A DNA stretch of 64,000 nt, taken from an uncultured bacterium (GTDB lineage: Bacteria; Oederibacteriota; JAAXVQ01; JAUVAV01). A program made the position numbers and the translations under genes. The stretch covers positions 384,001-448,000 of the forward strand of contig CAVQBK010000013.1 in the NCBI GenBank assembly GCA_963710755.1. Direction: 5' to 3'. How positions within the stretch are numbered: the first letter of the stretch is position 1; each line of letters starts with the position of its first letter. Under the pieces are notes generated by a model, which did not search any database, was not told the DNA's origin, and saw only the letters and a program-made list of their open reading frames with translations. Below, piece after piece: positions 57,421 to 64,000 of the stretch.

Positions 57421-60366
57421 TTAAGTGGACAAGTGCAGCTGCTCCTGTAAGCGCACATTCCAATCGAGCGGGATTTTAATAATCTCACCTTGACGTTCAT
57501 ATAGAAGGTAGCCATAGCGGAGCGCAAAGAAAAATAAATCCTTGGTGAGAGCTACGTCAGCCTGGCAATAAGCCTCCAATAAATCCCATTGACTCTGCTC
57601 AAACCAGGCAATGGCCTGCAAGCCTTCTGCGGTTTTGCCCTGCCCCAAGGTGTGTTTGGCCAAAGCATCGAGGGACAAGCGGTGAGTGAGTACTTTCTTT
57701 ATTTCCGGCAACATATCAAAGGTTTTGATACGGTTCACATACCGGCTATAATAAGAAAGTACCTGCAGGTCAAAGTGATCAATATTAAAGCCCACCACCA
57801 TGTCGGCTGAGAGTAAATGCTGAATCAATTCCTGAACCTGTTCTTCCCGGTAAGTGGTATAAGAACGGTCGCTGTGGTCGTACACCACGCCCAGCGACAT
57901 TCGCATCAGATCACTGTGATGCCAGCCCCCGACCTGAGCAGCGCTTTTTTGAGTTTCCAAGTCAAACACCAGCAGGTTAAAGTCTTTGTTGACTATCATG
58001 GGCAGCTCTTCTCTTTTAATCACCGGTGGTGCCTGGCGCGTGGAAAGAGGATAAGCTTCTTTAACCAGCGCAGCGGTTGATGGTCCGGGCTTAAATCGGA
58101 GGGTCTGAACGCCTTCCTTGTCCAGAGCATTAAAGAGCATTTCACAAGCCTGCTTATCCAACGGCTGATTGCGACTGCCGCATTTGGGGGAATGAATACA
58201 AGCCGGGCAACCGGATTCGCAATCGCAGGCACGCACCATTTCCCCGGCCGTGGCTATCCAGGCGGTGATAATCTCCAAACCCTTGGCCGCCAAGCCCACC
58301 CCTCCGGGAAAGCCGTCATAAACAAAAATGCAGGATTGAGTTACCTGGGGATGGCTGATGGTGGAAAGCCCGCCTAAATCCCAGCGGTCGCACAAAATCT
58401 CAACCGGCAAAGCAGCGATTAAGGTATGCTCCACCGCATGAATCCCCCCGCCAAAATCCATCCCGAATTCCAGGCACCGTTTTCGCCAAAGATCAGGGAT
58501 AGTGAGCAGTACGGCTTGGGTTTCAAAAACCCGGGGCGGCAGCGTCAGTTTATGTTCCGAGAGCAGGGATTGATCCTTGACGCGACGGCGTTCATAGGAC
58601 ACCACCCGTTCGGTGACACGCACTTGCACCAGCCCGGCTTCAAAAGCCCGTGCGGAAGCGCGAAGCGTCTGCCCTGGTGCCAGGTCCATAATCTCCACCT
58701 CTTCCGAGCTGGTGTACTGGGTATACCAATCCCCTTTAAATCGTTTAACCAGGATCAGTTTTTGGTCAAAATCCAACAGCGTGACCTCATATTGGCCACC
58801 GGCATGGAGGTAAATGGCGCCGGGGTGGCATTCCTTAAAGGCCCGGCTGGAGTCAATCTTGCCCATCAAGGTTTGACTCATTTCTTCTTTAATCACATAC
58901 TGCTCCCCCACAGAACGAATGTCCACATGACGATGAGGAACTTTGCGTGTGGAAAACCATTGATTCCCAGCAGCTTGCTCCTTGAGTTCGCCCGAATTCA
59001 CCAAGGCTTTAACCACTTCCCAGGCTTCAGGTGTAAATAGGGCTTGATCGTCCAGGGTCAATGGTTTCTCCTGGGCTGCGCAAGGCAAATGTTTGGCCAG
59101 CAAGTAGGGATTGGCTGCATCGAGCACACAATTTTCAAAAGTGGCATTAAAAAAACTTTCGGGATGGCGCAGGAAATATTGATCCAAGGCATCGGGTAGG
59201 GCAATGAGCACCATCATCGCTTCCCGGGTGCCACGTCCGGCGCGGCCCACGCGCTGCCAGGTGCTGATCATGGTGCCCGGATAACCCACCAAAATGGCCG
59301 CATCCAGACCGCCCACATCAATACCCGCTTCCAGGGCGCTGGTGCTGATCACGGCAGCCAAATCATTTTTAAACAGCCGTCTTTCAATGGCACGCCTTTC
59401 TTCCGGCAGATAGCCGCTGCGATAGGCCGCAATTTTATTCACGTATTCCGGAGCACCTTCCTGCACCCACATGGTGATCAGCTCCGTAATTTTTCGGGAT
59501 TTGGTAAACACAATGGTTTTGACATCATGATCCAGACATTTTTCCAGCAATCCGGCGGCTTCTGAATAAGGACTGCCCACGGGATTGACCAACACCACAT
59601 GCCGACCCTGCTGAGGGGCCCCGCTTTTATCAACAATGGTAAAGTCAAACCCCGTTAATTGATGGAGAAACTCCGCGGCATTGGCCATGGTGGCCGAACT
59701 GGCGGCTATGGTGGGCAGATGATTACCCAACAGGCGCCATAACCGGCGCAAGATCAAGGCCACATGCGACCCGAATACGCCCCGGTAAGTATGGGCTTCA
59801 TCAATGATAATAAATTTCAAATGCTTAAAAAAATGATCCCAGCTCTCCGGGTAGGCCAACAGTCCGTAATGAAGCATGTCCGGATTGGTAAATATGACCC
59901 GCGGTGGTTTCTTTTTGATTTTGGCGCGTTGGCCGGCTGGCGTATCGCCGTCATAAATATCGGCGCTCAACTGGGACGCGCCGCTCTTCTCAAAAAAGAT
60001 TTTTAAATTATTTATCTGGTCCTGAGCCAGGGCTTTCAGCGGAAAGAGATACAGCGCATAAGCTTCAGGATCCTGCAACAAGGCATCGGTAACCGCCAGA
60101 TTGTAGATAAGGGTCTTTCCTGAAGCTGTGGGCGTGATGACCCCCGTATGCCGGCCTTGGCGCAACAGATCCACTGCCCGGGCTTGATGACTGAAAAGTT
60201 TGTGAATACCCAGTGCTTCCAAGGCATGTTCAATGGGAGCAGGCCAGGGCAGGCTGGGGGTTCTGTATATCGCTTTTTTAGGCGGCAAATAGCGATAATC
60301 CGCTACCCGATTGCTCCAATCAGCGTGTTTGGTAAGCTCCTCAATAAGTGCTATTAATTCAGACAT
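57421..60366 (-). CDS. DEAH helicase of YprA/MrfA (DUF1998) type fused to a C-terminal DEDD RNase H-like exonuclease
   Basis: TPTASGKT, PLKALAQDQ, DGDTP, TNPDMLH, DEAH, SATMAN, QRVGRAGR, CDCESGCPAC; C-terminal FDLETQ, GFNIDHFD, YCQADV. Confidence 0.92.
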   Translation of the reverse strand: MSELIALIEELTKHADWSNRVADYRYLPPKKAIYRTPSLPWPAPIEHALEALGIHKLFSHQARAVDLLRQGRHTGVITPTASGKTLIYNLAVTDALLQDPEAYALYLFPLKALAQDQINNLKIFFEKSGASQLSADIYDGDTPAGQRAKIKKKPPRVIFTNPDMLHYGLLAYPESWDHFFKHLKFIIIDEAHTYRGVFGSHVALILRRLWRLLGNHLPTIAASSATMANAAEFLHQLTGFDFTIVDKSGAPQQGRHVVLVNPVGSPYSEAAGLLEKCLDHDVKTIVFTKSRKITELITMWVQEGAPEYVNKIAAYRSGYLPEERRAIERRLFKNDLAAVISTSALEAGIDVGGLDAAILVGYPGTMISTWQRVGRAGRGTREAMMVLIALPDALDQYFLRHPESFFNATFENCVLDAANPYLLAKHLPCAAQEKPLTLDDQALFTPEAWEVVKALVNSGELKEQAAGNQWFSTRKVPHRHVDIRSVGEQYVIKEEMSQTLMGKIDSSRAFKECHPGAIYLHAGGQYEVTLLDFDQKLILVKRFKGDWYTQYTSSEEVEIMDLAPGQTLRASARAFEAGLVQVRVTERVVSYERRRVKDQSLLSEHKLTLPPRVFETQAVLLTIPDLWRKRCLEFGMDFGGGIHAVEHTLIAALPVEILCDRWDLGGLSTISHPQVTQSCIFVYDGFPGGVGLAAKGLEIITAWIATAGEMVRACDCESGCPACIHSPKCGSRNQPLDKQACEMLFNALDKEGVQTLRFKPGPSTAALVKEAYPLSTRQAPPVIKREELPMIVNKDFNLLVFDLETQKSAAQVGGWHHSDLMRMSLGVVYDHSDRSYTTYREEQVQELIQHLLSADMVVGFNIDHFDLQVLSYYSRYVNRIKTFDMLPEIKKVLTHRLSLDALAKHTLGQGKTAEGLQAIAWFEQSQWDLLEAYCQADVALTKDLFFFALRYGYLLYERQGEIIKIPLDWNVRLQEQLHLST

Positions 60367-60453
60367 GATCTACCCTTCAGCCCGAGGACTTTAAAATAAT
60401 CATCATAGGCTGCCAGCCCGGCTTTTGTAAATTTAATAATAAAACACAGTATG

Positions 60454-60485
60454 TGGTTGGGAACGGTCGCGACCGTTCCCAACCA
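60454..60485. repeat. REP-like perfect palindrome, same core as 7060
   Basis: TGGTTGGGAACGGTCGCGACCGTTCCCAACCA. Confidence 0.85.
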
Positions 60486-60561
60486 AGGCCATAATTCGTG
60501 AATACAAGGTCATAAAAAAACAATCCGGTAAGGAAGGCTTCGGTTTTGCTTAACTTTGGTT

Positions 60562-61563
60562 TTAAGGCACTATAATTTTGATATGCAAAGTGGCAAAAGT
60601 CTGGTCCGGCTGTACTTGGAAGCGGAGGGTTTGTAGTCTCTGATGCAGGGCTTGCCTCCAGGCTTGCTGATCCAACTGAGTACCGGAAAAACGGCTGTCC
60701 GCGACACGGCCCTGACGATCAATTTTTAAAACCAAATCAATAGCCCCGTGGTAACCGGAGGCGCGAAGAGAAGCACTGATTAATCGGCCAAATCTATTAA
60801 TTTCCTTTTGGACTTGATGATGGTCCTCAAACCCTCTGGCTGATAAGACCATAACCGACACCGGTGGCACGTCTGCCCGGGACGAGCGCTGTGGGGCGCT
60901 AGGTTGTAAAGACCGCGCGGCCTGCTTACGTTCAGCAGCCGCCATAGGCGCTGCATCGCCAAGTGCAGCGCGACCCGGAACTTGAGCGGGCTTACTGACA
61001 CGGCGCTTCGCCTGGGCTGGAGGATGGGCGGATGAGGCCCTATGCTGTTTATAGGGCATGGCTTCGGTCCATTGATTAACTTCCGTCTTGTGTGCCCCGG
61101 TTACGGGTTTGATCTTTTTCTTGGCCACAGATTTGTTAACCGTCTTGAGAGCAGGTTGATCCACGCGCTTCGCCTGTGCAGGTCCCATCACAGGTGCTGC
61201 AGGGCCAGGAGTTGCGGCCGTGGTGGTTCGCAGGACGTCTTCTCTGACCATTCGTCCCGGCTCCAGCCGGACCATTAAAATTAGCATGACCAATGCCAGT
61301 GCGCCAGGCAGCAGCCATACAGGTACATTAACTTTGGCTTTGGGGATGGTCTTGAGATTGGCCAACACTTTGGCGCGCAGATAATCAGGCACATCTTCTT
61401 CATAGGCCTGATGAAGCAGGTCGGCTGCCTGTTGGTGCTGCTTTAAAACAGCCTGGCAATGACGGCACGTGGCCAGATGACGCTTCACCTTGGCTTGAGC
61501 ACGACCGGTTAACAGATTCAAGGCATAAGCCTCCAGTTGCCTTTCCACGTCTTTACAGGACAT
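60562..61563 (-). CDS. Zinc-binding anti-sigma factor (zf-HC2) with TM, low-complexity linker and TonB-C-like C-terminus
   Basis: MSCKDV...HLATCRHC; single TM; C-terminal GAIDLVLKIDRQGRV. Confidence 0.8.
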   Translation of the reverse strand: MSCKDVERQLEAYALNLLTGRAQAKVKRHLATCRHCQAVLKQHQQAADLLHQAYEEDVPDYLRAKVLANLKTIPKAKVNVPVWLLPGALALVMLILMVRLEPGRMVREDVLRTTTAATPGPAAPVMGPAQAKRVDQPALKTVNKSVAKKKIKPVTGAHKTEVNQWTEAMPYKQHRASSAHPPAQAKRRVSKPAQVPGRAALGDAAPMAAAERKQAARSLQPSAPQRSSRADVPPVSVMVLSARGFEDHHQVQKEINRFGRLISASLRASGYHGAIDLVLKIDRQGRVADSRFSGTQLDQQAWRQALHQRLQTLRFQVQPDQTFATLHIKIIVP

Positions 61564-62134
61564 CAGCATCACCTCCAATCTCCTGGAAGGCGGTTTCAAA
61601 TGCTTTCAGCCCCCGGCAGAGCCTGACCTTGGCCGCGCTTAGACTGATGTTCAGACTTTGGGCGATTTCCTTGACACTCATGGTGGAGGAAAAGCGTAAG
61701 GCCAGCACCTCCCGGTAGACCGGCCTCACCAAGGCCATAGCCTGCCAGACCTTCTTTTTAAGCTCCTCATTTTCCAACTGACGATCTGCTTGGGGCGCCA
61801 CCGCAGGCTCCTGGATGTGCTGGTCATCCAGCGGCATCTCCCGACGACGCCGCAAACGATCACGCCCCAAATTGGCCGCCACCTGAAACAACCATGGCTT
61901 TAATGGTTTGGCGGGATTAAACCGGTGTCTTTTTTCAAAACAGCGTATAAATACATCATGACAGAAATCAGCGGCAGCTTCCCGGCTGGCAAACAACCTC
62001 AAGCCCAGGTGATAAATGCCGCGCTCATGCAGGGCCATGAGTTCCTCCATGGCCGACATCTCTCCGGCCGCAAATCGCGCCTCCAGGCGGTTACTATCCA
62101 CAGCGTCGGCTTTGAATAAATTGGCTATGCCCAT
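61553..62134 (-). CDS. ECF RNA polymerase sigma factor
   Basis: AADFCHDVF, PWLFQVAANLGRDRLRRR (region 2); YREVLALRF...EIAQSLNISLSAAKVRLCRG (region 4). Confidence 0.9.
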   Translation of the reverse strand: MGIANLFKADAVDSNRLEARFAAGEMSAMEELMALHERGIYHLGLRLFASREAAADFCHDVFIRCFEKRHRFNPAKPLKPWLFQVAANLGRDRLRRRREMPLDDQHIQEPAVAPQADRQLENEELKKKVWQAMALVRPVYREVLALRFSSTMSVKEIAQSLNISLSAAKVRLCRGLKAFETAFQEIGGDADVL

Positions 62135-62282
62135 GATGGCCTCATTAGTTTTTGGTCATCCTCGTTCAGATCAGGAACATTTGTGCCTGCTCTGTTTCTT
62201 CTAATGGTTATTACGGCCGGACCTGGCAAAAGGTTACAATTTAGATCTGTTGTGGAAAAACGTTCTTGCATACAGGCCTGTG

Positions 62283-62312
62283 TGTCGAGGCACGTCGTGT
62301 CGTGCCTCGACA
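62283..62312. repeat. REP-like palindrome, divergent variant
   Basis: TGTCGAGGCACG-TCGTGT-CGTGCCTCGACA. Confidence 0.6.
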
Positions 62313-62433
62313 TCGTCCTTTTTGATTTAAAATATTTCATTTATAGAGCATAACCAGTGCGTATCTATAGCTGAAAATAAATTATTCCGCAACAAAATCT
62401 CGCCCATAGTCCCGAGGACCATGTTTTCACACC

Positions 62434-63228
62434 TCAAATGTTATCCCCGTCCAATAAGCGCCCCAAGCCGCCCAGAACAGACCCTTCCCCTTTGTCCTTG
62501 CCTCCCACTTTGGGCGCATATTGAATAACCCTATCCGCCAAGCGGGAAAAAGGCAGACTTTGCAAATACACCGTACCCTTGCCTTTGAGGGTCGCCAGAA
62601 ACAAGCCCTCCCCACCGAAAAACATGGACCGTAATCCCCGGACTTGCTCGATGTTGTAGTCAATACCCTGGGAAAAGCCCACGATACAGCCCGTGTCCAC
62701 ACGCAAAATGTCCTGGTTCAGTTCTTTTTTCACCACCGTGCCGCCGGCATGGACAAAAGCTTTTCCATCGCCCCGCAATCGCTGCAAAATGAACCCCTCA
62801 CCCCCAAAAAAGCCGGTGCCCAGTTTTTTGGCAAAAGCAATAGTCACTTCTGTCCCCAAGGCAGCGCATAAAAAGGCATCCTTCTGACATATCAATTCGC
62901 CGCCGATTTCATTCAGATCAACAGCAATGATCTTACCCGGGTAGGGTGCCCCAAAGGCTACGCGTTTTTTACCAGTCCCGCCATTGGTGAAATGAGTCAT
63001 GAACAAAGACTCCCCGGTCAATGCCCGTTGCCCCATTTTCCATAACTTACCCAGCACCCCTTGGTTGGGGTTGGAACCATCACCCATTTTGGCCTCAAAT
63101 AGTATACCGTCTTCCATCCAGTTCATAGCACCGGCTTCTGCGATCACCACTTCGCCGGGATCCAATTCCACTTCCACGGTTTGCAGATCGTCTCCATGAA
63201 TTTCATAATCCACTTCATGACTTTTCAT
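62434..63228 (-). CDS. TIGR00266/AIM24-family protein
   Basis: ATG 63228; [64 protein letters not shown]. Confidence 0.9.
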   Translation of the reverse strand: MKSHEVDYEIHGDDLQTVEVELDPGEVVIAEAGAMNWMEDGILFEAKMGDGSNPNQGVLGKLWKMGQRALTGESLFMTHFTNGGTGKKRVAFGAPYPGKIIAVDLNEIGGELICQKDAFLCAALGTEVTIAFAKKLGTGFFGGEGFILQRLRGDGKAFVHAGGTVVKKELNQDILRVDTGCIVGFSQGIDYNIEQVRGLRSMFFGGEGLFLATLKGKGTVYLQSLPFSRLADRVIQYAPKVGGKDKGEGSVLGGLGRLLDGDNI

Positions 63229-63323
63229 TATCCAGTCTCCTTCGTGTGTATTAATGCTGGGGTGGCGGCCACGCGAAAGAAGCAAGTGCCGCTTGTGCCG
63301 ACATGTTAATCGTCAAATAATTA

Positions 63324-63351
63324 GTAAGGTACAGGCATGCCTGCACGCTAC
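63324..63351. repeat. REP-like palindrome, degenerate (CAGGCATGCCTG core)
   Basis: Minus strand reads GTAGCGTGCAGGCATGCCTGTACCTTAC. Confidence 0.6.
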
Positions 63352-63479
63352 ACTGAAAACAGCCAATAAACAAAGAATGATAAAATACGCCCTCCGCGAC
63401 AAAAACCAGTGACCTTGACAATTTTAAGCAGATTGACTTAAGGTAGGCCGCATCATTATAGCGCTTGAAAACAGCGGGG

Positions 63480-64000
63480 TTATTTAATCTTAAATTCTAC
63501 CACTAGGTTGCGGATGCTCTGAGCGTTTTCGCTTAATTCCTGAATAGCCGTGGAAATCTGTTCAAAAGAGGCGGTCTGTTCTTCAATGGAAGCAGCTACG
63601 GATTGAGCGGCTTCAAAATTGCTTTTCACCAAGGTTTTAACGCTCTCCACTTGCTTAATCATGGATTGCAGAGACGTGGACTGGGCCACCAGATTGGTGG
63701 AGATATCCCCCGTGACCAGCGCCGAGTGTTCAGCGCTCTGCATGATAGTGGTCAGGGACTGTCCGGCTTTATTGACCATGCTGGCACCTTCATTCACTAC
63801 GGTGATGCCCTGCTTGGTGGCCTCATTGGTGCCCTTGACTTCCACTTGAATCTTGTCAATCAAGCTCTGAACTTTTTCTGATGCCCGCGATGAATCCTCG
63901 GCCAATTTCCGGACCTCCTCGGCTACCACGGAAAAACCGCGGCCTGCTTCTCCTGCGCGGGCAGCTTCAATAGCTGCATTCAAAGCCAGCAAGTTGGTTT
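63480..64000 (-). CDS. Methyl-accepting chemotaxis protein, C-terminal part (5' end outside the window)
   Basis: [34 protein letters not shown]. Confidence 0.95.
   Translation of the reverse strand, partial: TNLLALNAAIEAARAGEAGRGFSVVAEEVRKLAEDSSRASEKVQSLIDKIQVEVKGTNEATKQGITVVNEGASMVNKAGQSLTTIMQSAEHSALVTGDISTNLVAQSTSLQSMIKQVESVKTLVKSNFEAAQSVAASIEEQTASFEQISTAIQELSENAQSIRNLVVEFKIK

Noticed and set aside
57421-60366. DISARM/Druantia-type defence system
   Set aside because: No methylase, DrmA or other defence genes nearby; the architecture fits a stand-alone repair helicase.

Overview
Bacterial chromosomal window from an anaerobic diderm. There are no rRNA, tRNA, CRISPR, transposase or phage genes. 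The gene repertoire (PorV-like barrels, Thr/Pro-stalk plus FlgD-type C-terminal proteins, a giant GGDEF-containing protein) suggests an FCPU426/Elusimicrobiota/Omnitrophota-like lineage; this is inference only. The housekeeping content includes fba, a trimeric NAD-linked [FeFe]-hydrogenase (hydB-hydA-hydC), rfbC, spmAB-ldcA, DAK2/DegV, rubredoxin, an M16 protease, an EndoQ-family protein, amrS, nrdR, an rpiB-glyA-dCMP deaminase-wecA-wecB-O-antigen ligase run, a DUF1998 helicase-exonuclease fusion, an ECF sigma/anti-sigma pair and a partial chemoreceptor. The most unusual part is 33.7-57 kb: (i) a 3877-aa modular protein with an EreA/TIKI-like N-terminus, one near-intact and two degenerate GGDEF units, an HExxH peptidase motif, a CPBP-like membrane segment and a RelA/SpoT-like domain, separated by signal-peptide-like LPGPA linkers; (ii) an adenylate cyclase and a degenerate HD-GYP protein that carry paralogous sensor domains; (iii) a tandem PATAN/DUF2226-like protein with an inserted MshEN module and a 14x63-bp repeat, coupled to two small membrane proteins; (iv) a TolB/Pal-like fusion; (v) a T9SS-like cargo/PorV-like gene pair; (vi) a perfect 36-bp palindrome that supplies the -35 elements of two divergent promoters. 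GTAG-type REP-like palindromes are scattered through the intergenic regions. All product calls come from motif recognition by eye, not from database searches.
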